From Gekko japonicus (Eukaryota), in contig NW_015174995.1 in NCBI RefSeq assembly GCF_001447785.1, positions 1 to 61,001 on the forward strand: a DNA stretch of 61,001 nucleotides. The letters are read 5' to 3'. Positions 24,401 to 36,400 of the stretch are shown in pieces. Position numbers and translations under genes: made by a program. The number at the start of each line of letters is the position of its first letter. Positions within the stretch are counted from its first letter, which is position 1. The notes under the pieces were generated by a model. It did no database searches. It saw only the letters and a program-made list of their open reading frames with translations, and was not told where the DNA came from.

Positions 24401-27400
24401 AGTCAGTCAGTCAGTCATACCTTTTATTGGCATACTCAAACATAGTACAAAATAGGAACAAGCAAAAAATACAGTTCAAGATTAAGAACAATGGGCATAT
24501 ATATACACACAATAGGCATATATTAAAAATATATATATTACAAATTCATGGCAAAACATGCCCTTCATAAATTTTAATAGACTTCTCCAGGAATTTACTA
24601 ACAGCCCTTGTGATTTCTATTTCATTATCTTTTAATAAGTGGCAATAGTCAATTCCACTTACTAGATTACAGGGAGGGAAAGATAGATTACCAAACAGTT
24701 CCCTCTGGGGATTAGAATATAGCTGGCAGTCCAGCAATATATGTTGAATGGAATCTGGAATGTTTGCCCCACAAGGACAGACTATCTCACTATATGGAAT
24801 TTGTAGGAATCGATGATAAACAGGTGTAGTCAGGGGTTGGAAATGCTGATGTAAAAATTGTTTTTAATACAAATTATACTTTTAACAATCAAAATAGTGT
24901 TGTTGAGGCTTATTTTCATATATTCTTGGCTCTTAATAGTGAGATTCATTTGACTGAGTATATTAATTACAGTTACAATGTTTCTTCATATAGTCTCCTA
25001 TGACTCTTAAGATTTCCTGGAGATGGTCTCTTTACTTGTGTATCTAAACTATCTCCCTTTTGGAAATGACAATGTATTTCAATATCCCAATGTGTCTAAA
25101 TTTGATTCCCTTCACAATAGACTAGGGGTCTCCTCAGAGCACCCCCCACGGTGTAACTGAGCAGGAATTATTCTTCTCCTCAGAAGATATAACCCATTTC
25201 TTTTGGCCTGAATGGTAGTTTCAGCATACTATCCAATCGTCCTCACCAAAATCTCAATCCCAATTCTGGTGTCTGTGTAAAATGGACTTCATTTTAGGCT
25301 GACTCTTAGACATTCAGTACTGATACTGAATTCTTCCTCAGAAGTGATAGAAAACAGTTAAGGCAAGGAGTCATTTCCCTTCACTCCAAAGGTTAAAGGT
25401 TAACCTCTCTGACTGACTCTGTCAGACTCACTGACTCCAGCTGATGCTGTCAGAAGCCAACTGAGTGACTATCTGACTTCTGAAAGACTAACTTGCCAAA
25501 TGACTCCAAAAAGACTGTGCCCTCAGTACTCAGCTAATCATAGAGTTCTCCTCAGCTGGCATTTGCCAAAGGGAAGGGGGGGAAGGGAGCAGCCTGTCAC
25601 TCAAGCTCTCCATTCCAGTGAAGACTTAACTCTTCAGCTCCCAGCACTACGAAACCAGTTGTTAAGGGCAGTCTGTCACAGGGGCCCATAGAATTGGACC
25701 CTCATGAAGGGGGGGGAGGTTTGAGGAGAGGCTGCACATTTTTTCCCTTGATCTAAAAAAACCCAGCCCCTGAGCCCCAGATACCACCGGATCCATTCTC
25801 CATTATACCCTATGACGACCATTGACTATAATGGTCCCCATAGGGTATAATGGAGCCGAAAAAATTGGGAATCCCAAATATTTTACCAAATCTGAATACC
25901 CTATTGGTATTGGGATTTGGAACTATTGGGAAATAATAATATTTTTTTCGGGTTCAATTTGCACACCCCTACATTCTGTAAAAGGGGCCAGAGAGGTTTT
26001 GGCTGGAGAAGCTGCATAGAGCAGAAGAAAAGCTGGCCTAAGGGAAGGGGAGGGAAAAGGTAGGTTTAACCACCCTCCCATGCCATATCTGAGGCTACGG
26101 GAGTATCAGGGCAGCCTTGTGAGGGTGGCAGAAGGGGGGCTGGCAGCGGGGGACCTAGGGGACCTCATACCAATATCACTTCTGAAGCAGGATTTTATAT
26201 TTGAAACACCATCTTAGTAAAAAGATAGAAAAATATAGTATCTATCACCACAACAACAAAATTGAGCTTATTGAGAATAAAATATATCTAATAATATATA
26301 AAGGATAATTAATACTATTAAAATTAGTGATTTCCTGTACTACTTCAACTAGAACGATGGCAAAGCACGGCCAGGACAGCTCTTGTGGCACTAGAGAAAA
26401 TATGTCAGTAGTACCAGATCAGCCTGTGGAGCAAGTAGAACAGTTTAAGTATTCAGGAGTTATATTTCCAGCAAATGTTTCTTGGAAGGTGTATTTGAAT
26501 TCTGTTATGAGAACAGTCATGACTACTATTTCAAGGCTATTTCAAGATTCTATTATTCCTCTGGTTGAAGCACATTTTTTTGGAAATGGACAGGATGTGA
26601 AACCAGTGCTTTCTTTGGTTTAAAAAACAAGGAGCCAGTACTTCACATATAAAGATACACCAATTTCCACCAATTCCACCTCCCTCTGCTGATCTCCACT
26701 AGGTTGTTCTGGAGGAACAACATTTCAGAAAGCTTAATTGGCTGCAGAAAAAGAGGGGGATTGCTGCTGCTCCTCCTAATAAAAGGATACAGGACATTCT
26801 CTGGTAATCCTTAAAACAACCCTGAATAATTGATCAGCATTATTATCTCCAGGGTATAAATAATGGTCTGGGACTGAGAAGTTGTGGCTTGCCTACCTAA
26901 GGCTACCTATGAATTCACAGCAATGGTGAGAGTGGATCTGAGGACATTTTGATTTATTCCACACACCTTTGCAAATGTGCACTAAATTCTTCTATTGTTG
27001 ATTTGTTTGCCCTGAAAAAAATGTTCCTGTACTGGTGAGTACCATCACAAAAGAAGCCTGCATGGAATATACCATGTATCTTTTATTCACAACTTTGGAA
27101 TATAATTAGTCCCCCCCCCAAAAAAAAAAAAACTACTCTCCTGTCCACTGTCTTTTACTGATAGAAACCAAGGCTGGTGATATGTTATGGTTGTCTAGCA
27201 ATGGCCATTGAAGGCATCTGTTTCTTAAAGTTATAGGTGCTCCTTCTTTCATTTGGGGTGATTTTAATTCCCCTGATGTATTTCTTTACATTTCAGATTT
27301 TTCTACAAACCTGAGGCTTTTCTCAGGTTTGTAGAAAGACCTGTCTTGTATGTTTTGTATGTCCATGACCCCAGTCCCCAGATTTCAGTATCCACAGATG

Positions 27401-30400
27401 GGGGTCACATTGAGAATTAGATATATTGATGTTTTGTCTATTCACTGCTTTTGTGTTTTTTTTTTAAAAATGGGATTTACTGCAATATACCTATTACTGC
27501 ATATTCGTCCTTGCTTTTTCAATAAACAGTCACAGTATTCCAGAAGCCTAACTTAGGTGGTAAGGAGCCTTTTCTGTAAAATACTAAGCACCATTCAGAA
27601 TCTATTTCTCTTATGCAGTCTTCTTTCTTCTTGTTTTCTTTTAAGAACCACCAAAGGCATTTTCATATTCCACTGGTAAGGGACAGCTTTTGTACGTATG
27701 AAGCCACATTAGTTAAATGTACAGCTTGAATATCAGTGAAACAATATTGGCTACTATTTCTTCCCTAAATCTTCTCTTGTTTTCTCTCTTTGTTTTGCAA
27801 AGTACCAGGCTTTAGCATGAACCCTACTCTTCTGTCTGTTGACGGGCATCTCCTGTTCTCTTACTCTTTCTCCTTCCTTTCTTTTCTCAAATGTCCCACT
27901 TCACTTTTTCAATTTTAAGAAAAATCTGGGAAATCATTGGTGTGGGGTATACCAATAATACCACCATAATATCATGGCTAATCTTCATTTTCAGTGTTTA
28001 GACAATGTACAACATGCACAATGTACTAATTTCCATTGTAATTGCACCCTAGTTAATCCCCCCCCCCCGATATTGCTCACTGGCTGCATTTACTACATTC
28101 AAACATAGCAACAAAACCCTTATGTGTTGCCATAGCATAAAACTTGGCAGTGATCCTGCTTTCATACTTTCTCTCTGCCTCACCCATGCATTTTGAAAAC
28201 TGAATATGTCTGTACTTACCATAATTCAGAGTCTGTTGTGATATCCAGAATGACTACCAAATGACAACAGTGATTTGGACTCCAGGTTCCATGTTGTCAG
28301 AGGGTAGCTGCAACCGCTAGATATGAGTCAAATAGCAACTTATAGACCAATAAGATTTTCAGAGTATGAGCTTTTGAGGCCAAAGCTCTTTTTATCAGAT
28401 ATAAGGTATAATGGAGATATTTGAGTCCTTACATCCTGGTCAGAAGGTGGGAGGGGGGTTGCAAAGAAGGGACTCAGGATGCAAAGGTACAATGCACATT
28501 GTAATCAGCTTAATTAGAGGAGGGGAGAAATGCACGGGGCATAAAATTTCCATCTGTAGTAAGATAAGGATCCTATGTCCTATTCAGCTTGGGGGGAGGG
28601 TCATTGTTCTGAATTTATGAATGAACTCCGGGGTGGTGGTGGTCATTGTTCTGAATTTATGAATGAACTCAGGTTCAGCAATCTCACATTGTAATCTCCC
28701 CTGGAAGTTTCTCTGTTTGAAGACTGCCACTCTTAGGTCAGCAATGGAATGACCTGGAAGATTAAAATGTCTTCCCACTAGTTTTTTGACTATTGTCCTT
28801 TTTAATATCAGATTTATGTCCAAAAGCCCACATCCCAACTTTTTCTTGGTCTCCAAGATGCTACTGGACTCAAATCTAGGTGGTTTGATATGTCATTTTA
28901 TCCAATATGTCCTTCACAGTAAACCATTGCAATCCAGGAAGTCTCCAGTGTCTTAGCCACATCTGAAAGGAGTTAGCAGGGGAGAAAAATAAAGTCCAAG
29001 AACCCAGAACTCAAGGCTCATTTCCATCTTCACAAACCATTATTACTTGCCATATCTGATTTAACAACCTTGGAAATAATTTCCTCAGATAAGGTCAGAA
29101 TAACTGTACAAAAAACTCCTCAGCCAGCAAGGGAGCTAAGCAAATCCAGCAGTATGGAATTTCCCATTCCTTCCCATTCTTGCCTAACCTGCTTCAGAAG
29201 CATTTGACCGCTTTCAAAGTATGTCAAACTGAGAAAAGAGAAAGACTGAACTGATGCATAAGTGCATCTGGTGGCCTTAACATGAAGCAGGATTGTTTGG
29301 GCTTGGAAAAGATGTTGAAGTTACCACCATATATCTTGTGTTTATACTTTTCTTCGTTATATCAAAAAGAATTTGTCTAGCCTTTGAGATATATGTCTAA
29401 TATATTAAATTGCTGAGGACTGAAATAAATGCCATCCCAACTGCAGGAAAAAAAATGTGGATTTATTGCATCTGCAGCTTACTCTTTCTTCTTCCATTTT
29501 CAAGATACAGGCTCAGTAATGAGGAAGTTGCAGTTTGCTGGTAAGAAGCATTTTCTGTCACATATTAAATACCATATTGATCCTACTGATTCCTGTTGAT
29601 TCCTCTTACTCAGTCTTCATATTTCTTTTTACACTGAGCATTCATAGCAATCAGGAGGTGTCAGTTATCAAGTAAAGCTACATATTAAATGCTATATTTA
29701 ACCTGCAATTTTTTCTTTCTTTTTCCAAGAAATGGCCACAATAGTCACAGAATTCACTAGTAAAAACATTTGTTGTACATATGAAACCATGTCAGTTAAG
29801 TACATGGTTTCGATGTGAGTCAGACACTGCTGGCTGCACTCGTTTTCTGAAATGTCTTCTGTTTTCTCTTCCTTCGTGTCATAAACCTTTATTTTGAATA
29901 TTGCTCTTCAACCTGGCAAAGTGCTTCTTGTCTTCTTTACACTAGAATGTTGCCTGTCTGAGTATGCAAACGTTGGAGACTTCTCCATGCAGAAATATTA
30001 TTGATCAGTGCATACATACAGATATCCTTTTACAAGTATACAGGAAAATTTGAAAATGACATCTTTGTGCTTACCACAATATTTGCCTGCCTTCCCTTTT
30101 AAAAAATTGCCTTCAATATTGAATTAACAAGTGAGAAAACCTCTAGTAAGAGGCACAACTTCTTGAACATAACATCAGGATTAATCCTATATTCCAGTAT
30201 GCAGAGATTGAACTGGATGATATTCATGAAGGAATTTCTATCACACCGGTTTTTGTGGGGTAGTTGCCACCAATGCTCCCTCTAAGCTGTGGAGTCTTGT
30301 GAGCAAAGATTCTACTTTGTGAGCTACTGGCATTAAAGTTGTGAGTGTGCAATTTGGCTACTGCATAAATTAGTTTGCTCTGAAGCCATCCTTCCTGACC

Positions 30401-33400
30401 TAAGACAAAGATGTGTAAGCCGGAGGCTAAAAAACTGTGAGCTAGCTCACCCTAACTCAGCTTAGAGGGAACACTGGTTGCCACTGAACAGTAGCAAGCA
30501 GCTGGTCCTGGGAGAATCATGAAAGTCAAGTGGTAGCAACTTGCTCCATGGTTGCTGGTCTCTCAAAGGCCAAAAGAGCCCTGGAAAGAGCTCTGTCCCT
30601 CCTGCCTTTTACTGACAGAAATGAAGGCCTGGAATATTGCGGAGAATACTAGGTTGTTGCTTACCTATAGCTCCAGGCTTAAGATGGGGCAACAATTGTA
30701 CCTGGGTGAGGGTTGGGAGAACAAGGATGTCTTTGAGCCATTGGGCCTAACACTGGCCATGAGCCAGTCAGGATCCAAGCAGCTTCCTACTGCCTGTCCC
30801 CAGAGGCCAGCCCATCACGTGATGGGTGGGGTGTTCAGACCTGGAGGCTGCAGACTTCGTGGTCCGTGGCTCATATTGGAAAGGAGCAAGATAGAGAGGC
30901 ACTGGGCATTCAGCAACTGTCTCTCTCATGGGCAAACTGACCCTCCCATCCCATGTTTTCAGGGTTTAATTCTGTGTGGTTACCAATGCTGCCTCTGAGC
31001 TGTGGAGTCTTGTGAGCAAAAATTCTACTTTGTGAGCTACTGGCATTAAAGTTGTGAGTGAGCAATTTGGCTACTGCATAAATTGGTTTGCTCTGGAGCC
31101 ATCCTTCCTGAGCTAAGAAAAAAAATCTGTGAGCTGGAGACTAAAAAAAACTGAGCTAGCTCACACTAAGTCAGTTTAGAGGGAACACTGGTGGCTACTC
31201 ATATTTTGCTGTGTCTACAAGGGGGTGCAGGGCTGGGAAATTTTTTTACCCTGAGGTATAATTGACAGATGAACTCCCTGCATGATAATTTTAAAAAGGG
31301 GGGAGTCTCCTTAAGGGTTTCAGGGTGGGTGGGATGCATGACTGCCAACATCAGGGCTGAAACATTGACCACACCCCGAGGAAAATGGTGATGCACAGGA
31401 ATAGCGGTTTCTGTTTCTTCCAGTCCTAATACCAGCCCTCTTCCTTTAGCTACTCCAACAGGTTTGCTGGGGAAGGTGCTGACAGCAATTGGGCTGTCAA
31501 CCATACCAATTGTCCCTAGCCTATGCTGCACCAAAACCTGAGGAACCTGTAATAAATAAAGTTGTGGCCAGCTCTTCCCAGCACAATGTGTCTGTATTGT
31601 CCTTCTCTCTCCCCACCCCATGGGCTGGTCCCCATTCCAAGCACAATAAGTTTTGTGAATGCATCCTTTTGCCTATTATGAATGGTTGTAAACACTCTTC
31701 TTTCCTATTTTTCTCTTTGCTCTCCCCTCCTTCCTTTGTATCTATTTATTTAGTGTAATATATGTAATAATTACAACTAAAAACTGAAACAACACAAAAC
31801 ACTATCTGAGCTTTGCAAAGTGAACGTGGATTCTGTTGACTACCTTGTGTCCAGACATGTGTTGCTATGATGCCTTGAACCCAGATGTGTACCTGCACCC
31901 TGACCTACTTACTTGTCATGTCGCACTCTCTTGCAGGATGGGAATATTTATATCTAGATAAAAAAAACAAGTGGCAAAGATATTTGCATTGCATTCTATT
32001 GTATCTGGTGCTCCAATTTCTTTTCTACTTAACTTATCCTGTGCTATGCTATGCTGTATCTTGTTATGAATACTTTTTTTATTAACACTTGGCAGATTTT
32101 ATTGACTATTTAAAAGGTAAATAATATGAATGATATAATCAAAATGTGCTTATTAATGTTAACTTTTCTTTCTTTCTGAATAGCTACCTCTGAAGAGACA
32201 GGTGAGTCCTGTGCCCTCTGGTTTATAGTCCTGTAACCAAATCCTTCTGAGTAGCAATGGAGCATCCATTGCACTCATTAGAAATTTCAGGAAGATATAT
32301 AAGAATGTAAAATGTCTGGCATTGCAATATCGGGCAGTATATGTGAGTGTTGGAGAGAACTGTTCTAATGAATACTTGGTTGCTGGTCAAATACAGAGTC
32401 AAAAATAGTATGCAGATTGTTGAAAGGTTGCAAGGAAAATGTTCCTTTATTATTATTTGGTGAGAAAAATTCCTGATAGAAGAACAAAGTTCCAGGTACT
32501 TTTAGTGTGGTATTTGGGAATCTTGTCCTGATTTGTATTTGACAGAACCTAACAAACTGCTATACAGTTAATACAGTCCACTCCAAACAGGTTTTGTTCT
32601 CAGAACTTGAAATTTTCAGACTGGAAATCCTAGATTCTGTGAACCTGTGAACTTTAATTTCAAAGCAAATCGGAGAACCTGTCTGTAGCATTGGTGACTA
32701 ATGAGAACAGGCATAGATCATCAGTGCCACACTATTAATTCTCAGAGGAGACTGTAACATTTTTTCTTCTAACAGAAGGTGCTAGTGGTCCAGATCCTGA
32801 AACAGGTAAGACATTAATGTCAACCATTGAATATTCTTTCCTTCGTTTTGTATGTCTCGCCAAGATTTTATTTTCCCATGTCTTGTCATACATATGATCA
32901 TAAGTTAGATGATCAGGGTTTTTTCCTGGTACTTGCACCACAATATGCATTGATTGGGGATGTCAATGAAGTGGGTGGACATTTTATTTTTGCATTGAAA
33001 CCATATTCTCAACAATCTGTCCCTCAGAGTATTTCTACCATCCTGTTTTTGGATAGTTTTCAATGACTTCTTCATCCATAAATAATTGTGGATTCCTTCC
33101 TTTGTATCAGCTGATTCCAATGAGGCATTGTTTTTGGAAAATCTCTGATTATTCTAAATTGTGCACATGAGGTTGCATGAATTAACCACTGGAAAGACTG
33201 AAGGTGGCTTTCCAATCTGGGACCAAATACAATTTGAAAACATGACTGTAAGCCATGTTATTTGGCAGGTACACCAAATATTTTATAACAACACTTGATG
33301 ATAACAATAGCTGAAACAATATTTCTGTAAGTCTCTTAAATGTGATCAGTGTTTAATAATATTTGATGAGTGAAGAGTTGCTAGAATCTTGCTAGAATCA

Positions 33401-36400
33401 TCCTATTATTTCTCACTTATACACTTTGATTACTTTACCAGAAACAGAAGTCTTGGGTGAAGACTCTTCTGATCTGTCAGCAATAGGTAAGACATTGTTC
33501 CTTTTCTTTTACCTAGTGTGTTAATTGATCAGTCAGAGGGCTAAGCCTGGCTGTCAAAGGTACAAGATTCAACTGTGTCACTGTCAGTTATCATAGGAAA
33601 TGGTTTTCCACTCTGCAGATCACTGTGTGCTCATGATCAAGAGACATTTACCCCCCCCCAAAAAAGAGACTAAAACATCATTTCTATTGCAGGAGCATTT
33701 GGTTTAGTTTGTTAGAAGGTAGCATTCAGTTTCATGTACTTGTTAGCTGTCCGTAGTGATGCTGTTTCACCAGTGTCATTTGCAACCAATCCGGGAAGAC
33801 TCTTTACATGCACAGACATGAATAGACATATACACACAAATGTATTTTGCCTATGCTATTTTGTATTCTGATTTGCTTCAGAGTGAGAGTGCATACAATA
33901 TACCTCCTACATGTTAGCTGTCTGTAAGGAAGTATGGCCACTTGTCCATTCCCTATGGACATTTGCAAAGGGAAATAACAACATGTAGACCTCCATAAGC
34001 CCATAGCAAGCACACCAGAGTCCATAGCAACCCTGGTATCACCCACCACTCAGACAATGGCACGGCAGTTAATGATGACCCTGTGAGTGGCACATGCAGG
34101 CACAGCCAATCACTGTCTGCATATCTGGCCACTCCTTCTCTACAGCATTCCCACTCCTACCCCCCCCCCCCGAAAGCCTGTAAATAAGGAAGAAAGACCC
34201 TGGACCAGCACAACCCCAACAGAGGCATGTGGCTTGAGTGCCCTCTCACCCCTTAGGGGACGGGCATCCGTGCAGCAGATAAGATGCCCCCCCCCCGTCA
34301 CTGGCAAGAGCACGACTGACAGCAAAAGGTCTGCCCACGTGCACCCACATCTGCTTTGATCTAACATGCCTTGTGCATGGGGGGAAATGAAGATTAAAAA
34401 TATACAAGAAAAGAAAGACAAGGAAAAACTTGTTCTTTAGCAAAAGCCTTATAACAAATTTGTCACTTTAGATTGTATTGATACTTTAATGGTATATTTT
34501 GAAATTACTTTGGGGGAAATTTATGGAAGTGCTATATGTTGAACCATACCTTTCATGCATTCTTCACAAGAATGATAAGAGTCTTCATAAGAATCACAAC
34601 AAGAATTATTGCACTCATACTTTCAGAGTTCTGGAGTTCCTTAAAATCTTAACAGAGCTTCTTTGATAAAAAAGCAGTAACAGCAGAAGTCCAACAGCAT
34701 AATCCTATGAAAAGTTACTCCAGTCTATTGATTTTAGTCATTTTAGAATGCAGTTAAGTCTGCATAGGATTGTGATAGGAGCTTCCTAATCTTTTTTTCC
34801 AGAAACACATCGGAAAATCTCTTTAAAAAAAAAAAAGGTTTTGGATAGAGCACTGTGCATGCAGAACCTTATGGCTGATTTTAATCTCTATATTTCATTT
34901 TTATCTTTTTTCTCCCTATGTTGCCTTGGGAATGTGATAAATCACAAGATCACATTGATGTAATTTTTCAAGCACTATCATCAATCATCTCTGTGTATGT
35001 GATTTTACCAATGCACCGAAAAACAAATGGGTTACATACACATACCTAAAAAAGCACACAGAAAGAATCATGATGCAATCATATGTATAAAATTGCTTTT
35101 TGCAGTGTTTTATGAATGCACATATTTGCACTGGTAAGGAAAATAAGAAAAGATGCAGACAGGTTTAACAATAGACTGTGCATGCCCCAATTATGGAATT
35201 AGTAGAAGGAATTCTCTTACTTAAGCCAGTATTCAAGAGGAACAGAATGCATGAGAGCAAATCCAGAGGCAACTCCCTTTCTCAGTTTGGACTGCTGCTA
35301 AATTCTAGCCTCCAGGGTGAAGAAGGCTCAGTCAAAGCATAGCAAAGTCAGGAATGGAACAGGATCTTTCCCTGAATCCTCTTTACAAACCAGACAACTT
35401 GGGAAAGGGAAAGGGCCTGCGGTGATGAAATGACTAGTTACCAAAGCCAGCAAAGTTTACAAAATCCTAATTGGATTGACTATCAGTTCATTGACCATGA
35501 TGAGGGCACGATAGAATAGTTCCTTGGGACAGCTGTGTTTCTGATTACTAGTCTAGGAGGTATGAAAAGTAACTGAGATAAATGCCTTTAAAATGTACTG
35601 GTTTTTTACAATGTACTGGGGTTTTTTTTTACAAATGTACTGTTTTTTACAGTACAAATGTACTGTTTTTTACAAATGTATTGTTTTTTTTTGCAACAGT
35701 ACACAGTAAGATGTACTTTTTTTTTTTTTTTACAAATGTCCAGAAGCTACAGTTGGTACTGCATGTGGCAGACAGTGTGTTGACCGGAGTGAGTCACAGG
35801 ACCCTATCATTCCAGTCTTATTCCATCTATACTGACTTCCATTTGCTTCTGGACTCAATTCAATGTGCCAATATTGACCTTTAAACCCCTGTATGACATG
35901 GGGCCAACATACATTAAGCACCACCTGCTCCCATATTCATGCACTGGATTTGAATAAGATGCAGTTCAGCAAGGATAAGTGTAGAGTTCTATGTCTGCAT
36001 AACAAAAGTCAGAAGCACACATACAGGATGGGGAACACACTTTTGAGTAGCAGTGTTTTGGAACAGGATCTTAGGGTATGGTTGGACTATAAACTAAATA
36101 TGCCAGTCAGGAAGGAAGAAAGGCGGTCTTTGGGTGCATCAACAGAGGCATAATGTCAGAATCTAGGTCAGTCCAAGCCAAATTCCAGAGTCAGAGTCAA
36201 ATGTCAGTTACCGAGAGCAGAGTCCAGTTCAAAGCATTACACAGGGAGCAAGGTCCAACAGTCCAAGGTCATTCACAAGTACAGGGAGGAAGATTTCAGA
36301 GTCAGAGTCAAGAGCCAGTCCAAGGGTCACAGGAATAGAGTTCAGAGCTGTGGTCATTGAATCAAGAGGTTGATGACTTATTGCTTCCACAACATGCAGG

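Larger units (their letters stand above)
1..29900 (+). repeat. Degenerate tandem duplication of a roughly 0.6-0.9 kb unit (intron + 36-nt exon + short intron + 30-nt exon), at least 13 copies interleaved with TEs
   Basis: Recurring flanks: (GGAT)n tract, caaggttcaggaaac, catagggtgtcc, ctattggacatcag, ttgaaagcattgt(c/g)attttcat. Confidence 0.85.

Noticed and set aside
400-29759. CRISPR-like or prokaryotic repeat-spacer interpretation of the 30/36-nt units
   Set aside because: The context is eukaryotic and TE-rich, the units are bounded by AG/GT splice signals with kb-scale irregular spacing, and there are no cas genes.
35106-35133. Candidate microexon tgcag|...CTG|gtaagg
   Set aside because: 28 nt (not a multiple of 3), not S/T/P-rich and without unit flanks; probably a chance match.
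35590-35740. tacaaatgtactgttttt repeats, and the 28-bp duplication at about 58720-58785
   Set aside because: Simple low-complexity slippage repeats with no further structure.
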